Shown: positions 1 through 12,854 of the stretch, piece by piece | Numbering within the stretch: the first letter of the stretch is position 1 | Layout: every line of letters begins with the position of its first letter | NCBI RefSeq assembly: GCF_009914755.1 | Contig: NC_060935.1 | Origin: the human T2T-CHM13v2.0 reference genome, Homo sapiens | DNA length: 64,000 nucleotides | Reading direction: 5' to 3' (one strand) | Made by a program: the position numbers and the translations under genes | Notes under the pieces: generated by a model | Databases searched by the model: none | What the model saw: the letters and a program-made list of their open reading frames with translations, nothing else | What the model was told of the DNA's origin: nothing

Positions 1-84
1 TTATTTTTTCTTCAAGTACAATTTTAAGCAAAAGTAAAACACAAAGACAAATAAATGTGGATATGTCAGCATGAGTGGCAATGC

Positions 85-330
85 CCCCTCCTTCTTTCAA
101 CAAACATTGGTTGAATACCTGCCACGGGCCAATGAGATACAGACTCTGCTCTTAAGGAACTTACTGCACAGAGGACAGAGGAGGAAATACAAATAAGTTA
201 GGCAAAGAGAATTATGACACAGGGTGGTAAGTATTTTACTAGTGGGATGTGTATGGCACTGAGCAAGGCAGGGAAGGCTGCCTGCAAGAGGTGCTGAAGG
301 CTGGAAGAGGAGCTGGAATGAAGAATAAGA
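85..330 (-). mobile_element. L2 LINE 3' fragment (degenerate)
   Basis: ttcaacaaacattggttgaatacctgcc... resembles the reverse complement of the L2 3' end. Confidence 0.55.
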
Positions 331-3300
331 GTGATATGGGTGAGACATATTTCGGACGGAGGGGAGAGTGTGTGAGGGTGGGGAAAAAAGACCCGCCCCT
401 GTGTGCTCACATGTGGTTATGTGGCAAGGGGCAAGGGCACCAAACTAGGTGTGGCAAGAAGAGACACCAAGGCTGCAGACTGCAGGCACATCACGAAATG
501 TAGTGCTCGGTCCACTGAGAAGCTGGACTTGGTGCTAGCCTGTTGGCCTCAAATCAATGAGGATCATGATCGATTTGGGGTAGAAACATCACCTTGGAAT
601 TCGCATAAAGAATAAATTCCAGGGGTCAAGGCCACAGGTGGCAAGGTCCAATTGGTGAACATTTTTGGGAATTGAAAGATGAGATGGTGCAGAGTATCTC
701 CTTTGGGAGGATGTCTCATTTGAGAGAATGCCCCTGCCTCGGGGCTACCCCTGTTTCCTTCTCCTTCTGTCCAACTTGGTCCAGGTCTGGTGTCCTGGAT
801 GTGCTGCTGAAGAGACAGGTTCCGGGGGTGGTGAGCGCATGTACCTGTGGGGTGGGCTGCGCAGACTGGATATGGTCACATAGTGCCAGCCACTCACCAG
901 CCTGAGATGGAGATGATGATGATGGAGAGCTTCAGAGGGGCTGCTCAGGCTTTTCCCAGATATACTACAAGCAAGAGAATGGCTGGCAGGCACTTGGTGG
1001 CCTTTTTCTGTCTTCCATAGGAAGAATTTTCTAACACAACAAACAGGTGAGGACACGACTCGTCTTTACAAGCTCTCTGTGGTGCTTCCCAGCATGGAGC
1101 AGATCCACAAAAGAACTCTGAGGGGCGTAGCAAGGAGACCAAACACAGGCACCCAGGGAGAGCGCCTGGCATAGCCACAGGGCCATTGAGATCTGCCACA
1201 GGGGGTGTTTGCCCGCTCTCAGTCGTCTCCCGAGCTGCAGAGTCCCCAGCCTGGAAACAAGGTTTCAGCATTCCCTTACATGGTAACTACGCCAGGCCCC
1301 TGCTGGGCTGAACACCTGGCTGTGGCATTCTCCTCCCTGGAGGCTTCCACTGGCAGGTCAGGCTGCAAGGAGGGAGTTCAGAAGAGAGGAGAGAACACCT
1401 CAGTGCAGGGAAGCGGCACTTGTTTTCCATCTCTTACCCAGGGCATCTTCTTAGTCACAGGGAGGGAGCGGGAGACGGGAGGTGGGAGTGTGCGGGAATT
1501 GAACAGGAAATGGGTTTCAAAGATGTGTGTGGATGTTCAGGAGAGCACAAGGGATGAAAGAGGCAGAGCAGTGTGCTGACAGCTGTGTCCCCTGCCGGGA
1601 GTTAAGGACTCCAGTGTGCAGGACACGTATGGAATTGTACGGTGTGATTCACGCATATGAAGCTATCTTCATATGAATGTGAACACTCACAGTGTTGAGG
1701 CAAAACATTCGACCTGGCTTCCATAAAGGCCTGCTGGGCCATATGGACTCAGAACCACCCTTGTCGTCTCAGAGTCCTCAGCCTCGGGCACAGACAAGGG
1801 CCTTGGTTGGAAGAATCTTGGAGTTGCCTAGAGGGGAAGGACTTACGCAGAGCAGAGAAACATAGTCTCTCACCCTTGAAGGCATCCGGCGGAGGCTTCT
1901 CTCCTTTGATTCCAAAGAATGTGCTCTGTAGATGACAGAGTGAGCATCTACAAAGGGGGAACGTCTGGTGATGGTTTCTGTGGACACATAGTAGTTAGAT
2001 TCTAGAAGACACAACCAGTTAGTGACCGATCCTAAATGACAAGCATTTCTGGGTTGAGATTTAAATCCGCAGGAGCTTTACAGGAGTGCTCCTTGGTCAC
2101 CTGTATCCTAGCACAGATGCCTTTGGTTTTGTGTTTTCTCCTTAATGCAGGGTAGAGAGAATAAGTATCCCCTGGGCTTCTCAGCATGGGGATCTGCACC
2201 TCTGAGAAGTTCCGGCCTTAGGGATACTGTGAATCAGACACCAGGGAAACATGAGGTTGATGACCTATTGCATTTCAATCTCATGGCTACCTATTTAGCC
2301 ACGCCCCCAAATTAGGGATTTATCCCAAAAGGCCAAGACATAAAATCATATGGGCACTGCCTCCTAGCCAGGAGTTCTAGACTTGATGGAATAATCCCAC
2401 ATGGAATTGAGAAGCCTGTTTTGATTTTGATTTGTTTTAGCCAGAAATGTATCCAACGCTGAGCATCCAAGTCAGGCAGGCAGGTTCTGGCTTTGTTCCT
2501 TGTTCCCTAATCCAGGAAGACATGGACTTAGTGAGGCCACCAGCTTTAAATACCTCTATTAAATTCAATGCAACAGAGTATGCCAGAGCAGGTCCAGTCT
2601 GAGGAGGTGGCCTGGTTCCTTGAGTAGCTAATTCATCTGGGCATCCAAACTTATGTACTCTACAGAAATCAAAGCTCCACTGGTCATGGGGTTTCTTGGC
2701 CACAAGGGCCGAGGTAGCCAGAAAACGTATGTTTCAGAACAATAGGGAAGCTGCTGGGGAACTGTACTGCCTTGCAGTTCTCCTGCCTCCTGTGTTTGTC
2801 TCCATCTCCATACACTGGGGCAGGTTCTGCATCCCAGTGTCCTCATTGATCTCCAGTTACATCCACATGCACAGGAAGGCTTCCTGTTCCTTTGTTTGAC
2901 TCACCTCCATCCATGTGGGCTGGCTTCGGCCTTGCAGGCATGTGATCCTTGAGCTGCATCTGCTCTTACCCCATCCAGATGGGGAAGAGGTCAAGTGCTC
3001 CAGGTGGAACCCAGGTGCCCTGCCCTGAGATAGAGTGATTGGCAGGATGGCCTCTGTGCCCAAGGAAGCAGAAGCAGCAGGCAGACACATTGTTTTGTCC
3101 AACAGGTTCTTTTCTGAGCCACAGGCCAAGCAGCTGGAGGGTGGGTGAGTATTTCAGGCAGGCAGTGCTCAGAAGTGGATGGGTGATGAGGCACTCAGCA
3201 CAGTAGTCTGACTTTATTAAAGCTCTGTGTAGGATATTAATGAATCTGCCACCTTCTTCTTGAATTTGAGCCTGAGCCATGGCCTTTGCATGTTATGACA

Positions 3301-3564
3301 CAGTAAGGAAGAAGGCCCAGGACACTTTAACCTGAGCCTCATGTTCTCTCCTTGCAGGGGAAGGCTTCCCGTTATCTAGTGTGTGTGTCTTGGGGATGTG
3401 GGCCATAGAACGTTCACTTCTAATGCTGGGGCTGGAACACCATGTGTTTCACTTAGAGGGATGACTCACCAGGGGCAAGGCCAAATGACAGCAGACCAGG
3501 CAACCACCGGGCTTTCCTTCCATTTTCTCCCAGACCACTCACGGCGAGTGTGTTCTCTCCACAG

Positions 3565-3665
3565 GTCCAGGCGCCGTCAGCGAGGTGAGCAACGGCACGT
3601 CGAGGAGGGCAGGCTGCGTCTGGCTGCTGCCTCTTCTGGTCTTGCACCTGCTTCTCAAATTTTGA
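3565..3665 (+). CDS. NTM: Neurotrimin terminal coding exon (GPI-anchor signal); upstream exons lie outside the window
   Basis: Pyrimidine tract plus acceptor (tgttctctccacAG, AG at 3563-3564), then a phase-1 exon reading (G)[35 protein letters not shown] (3663-3665). I recognise this as the neurotrimin C-terminus: small-residue omega region followed by a hydrophobic tail. Confidence 0.96.
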
Positions 3666-4155
3666 TGTGAGTGCCACTTCCCCACCCGGGAAAGGCTGCC
3701 GCCACCACCACCACCAACACAACAGCAATGGCAACACCGACAGCAACCAATCAGATATATACAAATGAAATTAGAAGAAACACAGCCTCATGGGACAGAA
3801 ATTTGAGGGAGGGGAACAAAGAATACTTTGGGGGGAAAAAAGTTTTAAAAAAGAAATTGAAAATTGCCTTGCAGATATTTAGGTACAATGGAGTTTTCTT
3901 TTCCCAAACGGGAAGAACACAGCACACCCGGCTTGGACCCACTGCAAGCTGCATCGTGCAACCTCTTTGGTGCCAGTGTGGGCAAGGGCTCAGCCTCTCT
4001 GCCCACAGAGTGCCCCCACGTGGAACATTCTGGAGCTGGCCATCCCAAATTCAATCAGTCCATAGAGACGAACAGAATGAGACCTTCCGGCCCAAGCGTG
4101 GCGCTGCGGGCACTTTGGTAGACTGTGCCACCACGGCGTGTGTTGTGAAACGTGA

Positions 4156-4161
4156 AATAAA
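4156..4161 (+). terminator. Proximal polyadenylation signal AATAAA
   Basis: Canonical hexamer ~490 nt after the stop. It is followed by an A-rich tract, so internal priming could mimic its use. Confidence 0.6.
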
Positions 4162-5313
4162 AAGAGCAAGAAAGAAAAAGGAAACAAAATAAGACCGTCT
4201 GACAGCAACAACGGTCCCACAAACAAGTCACAAAAGATACCGTTAAACTTTTTTTTTTTTTTATCATTTTACTACATGAACATCATGGATAACAAGGGAT
4301 TCTGATTCATTATTAATTTCATTAATTATATTTTCTGATATGAGTCTAGAACTTACTGCAAAAACAAGACAAAACTAAAAAAATACAACTGAGAAGGGTG
4401 AAGAGAAGTATGTTTGTTAAACAGTAAAAATGAATAGTATACTTCTTAACTAGGTTTACAACTGGTGGACCACACACCAGGCACTAATCACCTGGTGAGG
4501 ATTTGGCATATCCACCAAAAAATGCATCCGATTTAACCAACATCTCCACCAGCGCTACGGACTCCTCCCAATTCTGACATCTCTTGCAGACAATACTATG
4601 CTCTCTACACACTGTTTAGAAATGGAAAGGTGATCTGCACTGTATCTTGGGTTTGTTGGCTATGCTTCCTTTGATGACATATATTATACAGTATATATAT
4701 ACATATATTTTTTTTGTTAGAGTTCTAGCCATTTTATTTCTCCGCAGGGTCCTTTCTCAGACATTACTGCATGCTGTATATGGCGTTAGCTGTGTGTTGA
4801 TCTTCTAAAAGATGATAGAGTTTACTGGTAATTGTGTAATCAGCTCCTGCCTTTTTATTTTCTTGGGTTATTTACATGTCAGAGACATTTATAAAAAGTG
4901 AAAGGATAAAAAAAAAAAAAAACAACTAATACCGGGCGCAGCATCTTTCCAGGTGTGGCTCTGCGCTAGGCCACCCCAGGTGGCCCCGCTTTCTCCATTC
5001 TGCCCTGTGGCGTTAACAGACAGCAAGCAGCTGAACAAGCAGTACCGTCAGTACCCACTTGCTTTAGCCCATTATGGGAATCTCTGATGCCTTTGTGACC
5101 ACTGGAGAGTTTAATCCTCTTGGTTTATTTTATTTCCCACCTTTGTGTGAGTGTGTATGAAAGAGAAGAAAATGCAATTTTTAGGTAATCTTTTTTTTTT
5201 TTCCCCTCCCCTGAAAGTCTGGGAACCTGAGAGTCCTCGGGGAGGGGTCCTGGATGTGATGAGGGAAAGGGGGATTGGGGGATCCGGGAGGGTGGGGTTG
5301 TCTCTGACTTGAC

Positions 5314-5319
5314 ATTAAA
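5314..5319 (+). terminator. Distal polyadenylation signal ATTAAA
   Basis: ATTAAA, CA at 5340-5341 and downstream ggtgtggt. Confidence 0.7.
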
Positions 5320-8300
5320 AAGTGTTCCATGTCCCTCTTCACCTGGTGTGGTACCTCATTCTACAGCGGGGCGGGGGCACAGCCTGCCTGGCTCAGGTTT
5401 GAAGAATGGGGGAGGATGGGCTCTTAAACCCTCCTGGGATGGAGTGGTGGCAAGTGCTGAGATGACAAACAGGAAGGACGTGGGACCTCCTCCATCCCCG
5501 CACAGAGGCAAGGTGAGGGTGCGTCTGATAGGGACTGCATTTTCAGTGCCTTCGGGAGGTCCTGGCCAGGGCTGCCAGTGTCCTGCTTGTGCTCAAACAT
5601 CTTACCACACAAGTGGGCAAAGGTCAAGTCTAGTCAGGGAGAAGACTTTAGGCCCAATTATTTCTGGGAAGCAGCAGAAAGTCACTGTCACGGAAAACAA
5701 GAAAACCCCCGAGAGCCAAAAGAAATCTCCCCGCAAAAAAACAAAACAGAAAGCCAGCTTGAAACATTGTGTTTAGTTTTAAATAATCTCCCATCAACCA
5801 GTCCTCCAAACCCAACCTCCAAACCTCACCTCTAGCCACATAAGAGGAACTGAGAGACAGAAATGGGTCCGAGCCAAAACACTCAGGAATGACGGCACTT
5901 GCATTTCCAAGTCACCTTCACCTGAGAGGAACCAGGAAGGACTGGGATGGAGCTGTGTCATTTCCAGTTGCTTCCGGCAAGACTGAAGAAAGCTATTGAC
6001 TTCTTCACCTTTCTTTGTGTCCTTCTACCCTTTCACCCCTAGCCCCACCCATGTCCCAGATGCCCCAAGTTTTTCGCAGCAGCAAGGTCTGGAACTACCT
6101 GGCCAAGCCTCAGGAATCTTGGCTGCACTGGTGTTTATCCCTGCCTATGTCCAGGAACCATGAAAGAGGAGGGGCTTTGGGTCTCCTTAGAATGAAAGTG
6201 GGTGGCTGGGATTGACTAACCCTCCCATGCCCAGCACCTCAGCAGACACTGGCCTGAGGGTTTGGGTGCAAAGCATGGCTTACTGGAATAGAGTGGGGAA
6301 AAGATAGGTGAGCTCCATATTCCTAAACTGGAGCCCAGAAACACCTCTGAATACCATGTGCCAAGGCCCCTGCAAAGAGGCAGTTCTGAGGCTTGGCTGA
6401 GAGAGAACACAGTGTACACAACCTTTGTCTGAATGGGAGCTTTATCTTTCACATCTACTATGTACTAGTAGGTATCTACCAATATCTACTAGATAACCAC
6501 CAGTAGACATTAGTAATATCTGCTACTGCTAATCGTGCTTCAAATAACAGTCTTCACCCTCCCAGGAGAGAGAGAGTGCTGAGTCAGAACCAACTTGGTA
6601 AGGGGCACTGATGAGGACTTAATTTTACCTATTTGCCAACTCAATAGTTTTCTTGCCTTGTGGATCTTTAGAGCCCTGGTTATGCAAGAGCACATTCTTT
6701 GTTGAACCAGCTTGACCGTGATTGATGAGTTCACCAGATAGGAGCCCTCCCTATCCTGCTTCAAGAGGAGCTTACTCTCACCTTCTGCTAAGTGTGCTGT
6801 GTGAGCCTCAGTCTGCTGAGTTTCAGTCTTTAGAGGAAACATGTGGGCACCACAGGAAAGGGTATTCTGCCTCCCAGGTCTTCAACCAGATATAGAGTTC
6901 CATCTAGGAGGACATGGCTTTGAAAGGAGCTTATAGGAACAAGTCACAGACCTACCTTTTCTGGAAATGGGAGCTTGGTAAGAGAATGTTCATCAGAATG
7001 AGCACAGAAAACCACCCCGAATAGAGCCTGTAGTGATTTTTTTTGTCTTGGTACAGGCACTGATGGAGGACAATTGCTACAGATTGGCCTGGATTCCAAG
7101 TATACTGGACCCCTTGTGATTCAGAGATAATCACTGCCATACTTTAGGATTCCTCCACTACCCCTAATATTAGGATGTCCCCTGGCATGAGCATCTCATG
7201 AATGCAAGGTGGATTGTGAGGGATGGACGGTCCCTAGCCACTCTAGCCAAATACTCCTGTAGAATCACATCTCTCTTCTTTCAGTGGAATATCTACTCCT
7301 TTCCAGCCATGCAAATGTGCAGTGGCTCTTCTGCTCCTGTTGTTAAATATTCCCCCATCAAGGCTGGTACACAGTGGGTCCAGATGTCTAACTTGAAGCA
7401 TTGAGAATACTCATCCAAGGACTGCTCTCTGACCAGTGGGATGTACCAAGCATATTCATGGCTGACAATCCACAAATGTTTGTTTTTGTTGCTGTGGATG
7501 GTGATGATGAATGACAGCTATTGTTGTTCAAGCTGGAAATAAGTTAGCAAATGAATTAACACTAAAATTTAATTGAGGTTGAGCACATTTCACTGCACTG
7601 ACTCCATCTTTATCTTATACCTCCTGAACTGTGAGTTTGGAACCAAAGACAGCAACACTAACCAATTACAGGAATCTAACGGATGGAGTTGTTTAATTAA
7701 AACATGCGATATGGGTTCACGACACATTTGTAAGGACTTCCTATTTCCACAATGGTAAAAATTTGAGGTACTTCTCACTAAAGAGAAGAATATATGCTAA
7801 AGGACGGATGTGGAACGCTGCATGCCGTTGTGCTACTATTTGGCAAATGCACATCACACACCAGTCGCTTACCCTTCATCAGAGAAGCAGTCAAAAATAA
7901 TTGAGATTACTGGTATCTGATGCAGCAATGAAGTATTACCTCTTTCCAGCATTTTTTAAAAATTTTAAACCAAATCCCAGAGCTAATTTGTTTCAGAACT
8001 TGCTCATTGGGACTTGAGTGCAGAGTATGTCTCCTTTGTCATCCCATAACAACTGCTCAAACAAGCCATTCTAAAGTATCAATTCTTTCCTCTCTCTGTT
8101 CTCAATTCAGGCACTATTTCCCTGAGTGTCCAACTTTATCCACCTCCAAGGCTATAAATGCAAATTCATATCCCCATGACTTGTGAATAGCTGAGCTCTC
8201 TGAGTCTCTGCCTTCTCATTCAGATATTTCTGTTTTCCATAACGCCATACCTTCGCCATCATGCAGCTATTATGTTGTTAGAAACACACGCTGTTTACAG

Positions 8301-9205
8301 AAAAGGCTCCCTAATTCCTGAGCTCAAGTTAAGATCCATTCTTACAGTTCATGTCTGAGGCATTTTGGTGCGTTATCCTTTATGGAGGTGACCTGGGTTG
8401 ACTTTCGTTTTTTGAATGTTGATTTTTACTCCTATGCAAGCCTCCAAATAACTTGTATCCCTTCTCTTGGTATGATGTGAGAGTATATGAGTTTATTTCA
8501 ATATTTTAGGGATTGTTAACATTATTTGAAAATGAATTATTCCTCTCTCAGTACATTTGTTTGATTAGAACTTCCTGGAGTTTCCATAGCACTTACCTTG
8601 TTTCCAGTGAATCTTGAACTGTGGCATTTCTGAATAGCACTGTGATATTTTGGATACAGAACTGAATTGCTAATCAGTAGAATTAGGCTGTAGTCCAGAT
8701 TTTATCACTAGTTAGTTGAATTTCCCTTTCCTTATCTTTTATATAAGATGTTATGATGGAAGATTGCTAATGTTCCATCTAGCTTTAGAATTCAATAATA
8801 AAGTGATTTTAGGTTTTATAAGATTTCTGCAAGGAAAAATTGGGGAAGCAGTATTTTTGATAAATGAAAATTGAAAGTGTGAATGTGGGCAAGATCCACA
8901 GCCAATGCATTGTCTCTGTTTCCAGAATGGTTCATAAGAAGATAAAATGCATGATCCTGTCATTTCTGCAGATATTTGAAGTGGCTCCTCAAGGAAAACT
9001 TGAGGGATGGACGCTGCAGCACTTGGAAAGAAGCAATGCTTAATAAAAGACAGTAGCTTTTTCTGGAAAAGGAAATGATGTTAGCCCCAAGCTGCCCTCT
9101 GTGTGACACAAGTAAAACAAGAGAGAATAAACTGTCACACATCCTAAAGTCTAGAAAAGTAAAAGATGTTGGGAGTAGGCAAAATTCTCCGAATTTTCAG
9201 TATGA

Positions 9206-9249
9206 GTGTGTGTGTATGTGTTTGTGTGTATGCATGTACGTGTGTGTGT
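9206..9249. repeat. Imperfect (TG)n microsatellite
   Basis: gtgtgtgtgtatgtgtttgtgtgtatgcatgtacgtgtgtgtgt. Confidence 0.8.
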
Positions 9250-12200
9250 AGTATTTACTCTAATTATTTAATTCTTCAAAACAGATGACACTTGTTATTC
9301 CTAAGACTCATCTTTAAAATAACAAGAAATAGTGATGAAAAGAGGGGTCTCTAGATATAGTTCACAATGATTTCTCATCATCCTGACCATTACAATCAAG
9401 GATCCAGAAGTGTGCATGCAGATTTTATTGGACATATTTGTGTATTTTTGGCTGAATTCCAAGTTAATTGAGTCCTTCTCACTCTCCTCTCTTGCCCCTA
9501 GACTCTGGGCTTCATTTCCAACCCCTCTGTGAGAAGCCTGAGGATGTAAGAGGAAGAGGGCAAAGCGTGGGGTTGGAGCAGAAAGAGTATGGGGTTGGAA
9601 GATAGGTGAGCCCTGGTCCCTTCCCCCAAGCGCCTGTGCCCAACCACCCTCTTCAGCTTTGATTTCTTCTGAAGGTTCACTTTCAGAGTTGATGGAAGGT
9701 CAGACAGAGCCATCAAGCTGTACCTCCTGCACTAGACCAACTGTAAGAGTGAGACAGATGCCAGGAAGAGGAGCCCAGACTGCAGAGTGCACATGTGGAT
9801 GAGGGGTCCTCATCTTCTTGTGGAAGGATGCCGGAGAAAGAGAAATGAAAATAAAATAAATGATTCTACCCCACACCACATCACTTTCGCCAGTGTCCAT
9901 AATTCTCATTTGTGTTTGGCTACTCGAAAAGGAGCTAAGATCTGTGGCAACAGATGCTGTCTGTCAAATACAAAATTCCTTTTTCTCTAAGTGTTCGTAT
10001 TACAATTTAACAGGCAAGAAAAATGAAAATAAAATGAGAAAATTTAAAAGACATCCAGACAGTTAAAACTTGTCAGTGAGTATCTAAGTGCGAGACATCT
10101 GCATAGACGTGCATCAGATGTCTTCTGTGATGCTACAAGTAGGATCTCAGAGAGAAGAATTGCGGTTTTGGCTCCCTGCTCACTGGTCACAGGGAGCACC
10201 ATTCTAGACATGCTCTCAGCAAAACACAGTCAGATTCGAATACTAGAGGTAGCATGTGCTCTCACTGCATACCGATGTCTTCCTATTTTCCTGCTGATCA
10301 GAGATAGATAGAGTACAGATAGTATGAAGCAGGCAGCCAAGAGATGCGTTTCCACCCAAACCCAGCTTTGGGTTGCTAGGGGACCTGCAGCAGGCTGCTG
10401 CACCTCCAAGCCTCAGTTTCCCCATCGATGACATGAATGTTGGACAAGATGATCTCAGAAGGCCTCCCGAGATCTGAAATCTTCTGGGTCTCCACCTGCA
10501 TGCTTCCATAGTTTGTATCTATTTCCATAACTAATAAAATTATACAATTCAAACCAAGGCCAAACCTTTATGTGGTGTCGGCTTTGTGGAGCTATATAGG
10601 AGATATCTCTATTCACACTGGACTTGGCTGGAAAAGCCCTTTGTTTCTGACATGACATGCAGATTGAAAGGCTATGATCCTGACACCTTGGATGTAAGGC
10701 TGTTCCTTCAGAATCTGAAGAAAAAACACAGACACTCCAGTATAAATACACAAAATGTTCTACATAGGTTCCGGTGGTTTGTGAGCTTTTAAAACTCACT
10801 ATTGAGCCCCAGTGTTAAGAACCCCTGCTGTGAAATTTCACCTTGGATTTGTCTCATAGGCTGCTTACATTTCTCAAATATAATTGGTAAGAATTGTGTT
10901 CTACAGGCTTTAATTTTTAACTAAATAAACAACAACTAGGGCATCCTTCTGAATCCCCCAGGGAGTTCCATACGGACTGAATCTAATCCTTTGGGAATCA
11001 AACCTGTAATGATCTAACTGCACAAGATCTTTGCCCCAAACTCTTTCTGCTGACAGACTCCTCTTGGCATATGTTTCTACCTCTGACAATTACACCAGCT
11101 TAGATAAAACCAAACAAGTTTGTATTTTATTTATAGTAACTAGTGATACCAACTCTTGCTGTCCACCAGAGAGCTCATAGTTACAACGAGTCAAGAAAAT
11201 CAAATCAGCACTGTTTTCCCATGCCCATTACGCTCAAGGTAGTCAGGACATTTGATCTAATAACACCTAATTCAGGGAACACTCCCTTGTGTCAGGGCTC
11301 CAGAATGTTAAGGTGCTCTATCCTTCTCGCCAGCACTTTCTTCTTTGTGTCCTGAGTACAAGTTGCTGCTCCCCACCTCAAGTCTGAAACATTTTTTTCT
11401 TTCATCTACTAAGCATTTGATGGAGCCGACATTACCACAGTATGCACACAAGAGGGTCAGGCAAACCATTTGCCCAGCCCTAGTCCTGAGCAAGGAAGTC
11501 AGGATTCCACAGTGTAATTCACTACTCAGAAGTGATCGCCCTCCCTCATGGCAGCACAAGGGCAGTAAATTCATTACAACGAGGTTGCTGCCACTTGTCA
11601 CATGCACCTCAACACTGCTGTTTTACAAAAACTTCAGATACCCTGGCCCTGGATCATTTATGCATTCATGCATGTCTCTTTGCCCAGCCACATATAGAAT
11701 CACTCCTCTAAATATTGGCACACTAGGAACTTCTATATTAATGTCTCATCATTCCTTGTTTTCAAAAATATGAAAGAATAATCAGTCAAATGGAGTCCAC
11801 AGCATAGGATAAGCTGAGCTCCCGGAAGACCGAGGATCAAATTGGAATGTGTGAGTAGCAGTATAGCCTATTTCCTAACAAACAGCAGTGTTAAGGCATG
11901 CCCCTGAACTATCAATGAGAAAGTCTTTCTGACTAAATAACTCACCAACCTAGTTCACTACATTTCCTTAGTAGCATTTTCTATACATTTCCCATTATCT
12001 CCTCTCTTCTCTGTCATTTATTTTCCCCCAGTACAGCCTACCTTTGCAGTAATAACCTAAGAAGCAAGATATCTAAGAACCAACTGGGAAAAAAAGATTC
12101 AGTTGCACAGGGCTATTCTATACCCCTCGGTTTACATTAGTCATTCAGAGAGTGACATTATGACTTGGAGGAAAGAAATGTGATATGGTTGGGCTATACT

Positions 12201-12854
12201 TGGGAATATGCATTACCTGCACCTTGGGTTAAACATACAGTGCCCTGAAATAGACAGGCTATATCACTGGCAGGGGTTTAATGGACATCTGAGGCAATTC
12301 TGTGCTAGGAATTGCATCAGTAGATTTGAACCATTTGGAAAACTAGTCAGGAAACTCGGTTGGACTTAGGCCCATGTATTCACCTTTAGCCATTTGATGA
12401 ATAACCCAGATTAGCCACAAGAAAAGGACATTTGCCATGGAAGCCCCAGGGATGATTACTTCAATAGTTCCTTGAGGAATGGGAGTGGGTCATATTAAGC
12501 TCCAGCTTCCCTGTGGCTGGAGGTTTCTGGCACATACCCAGCACGGGCTGGAGACAGTTCTCCCTCTAGCACTACTCTCATATCAGGACTGTAAAACTCT
12601 ATTGGAACATCAGGATTCCACAGAGAGTCAAGAGGAGAATTCAGTAGATTTATGTTGTTGCTGACATTTAAGTCTATGTAAGGACTTTTTTCAGTCCAAT
12701 TCTATTTCCTTATATTTCTGAATCATTTTATCTTCTTTCTGGTCCATTTGTTCCTAGGGTCCCCAAAGACCCTCCTAAAAATTAGTGAAGCAAAAACTGC
12801 CACCATTGAGGAGAAAATTAATTACACATGGAACTGGATTAAAAAACACCCACA

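Larger units (their letters stand above)
3666..5341 (+). other. NTM: NTM 3'UTR (long form; 3' end approximate)
   Basis: Repeat-free sequence after the stop with U-rich and A-rich tracts. It ends with ATTAAA (5314-5319), a CA ~21 nt later and a GT-rich downstream element. Confidence 0.8.

Noticed and set aside
1-3562. Additional NTM alternative microexons in the last intron
   Set aside because: I could not recognise any NTM coding sequence with proper splice sites here.
3383-3670. 95-aa ORF overlapping the NTM exon
   Set aside because: Wrong frame and a GTG start in the intron; the real exon uses another frame.
5309-5776. 155-aa ORF downstream of NTM
   Set aside because: TTG start, no recognisable domain, low-complexity A-rich end, and it spans the poly(A) site.
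6451-6535. Degenerate atctact/agtag repeats with a small hairpin
   Set aside because: Low-complexity sequence with no regular repeat-spacer period; not a CRISPR or RNA gene.
10093-10123. 9-bp inverted repeat agacatctg/cagatgtct
   Set aside because: Too short for a pre-miRNA and expected by chance in 64 kb.
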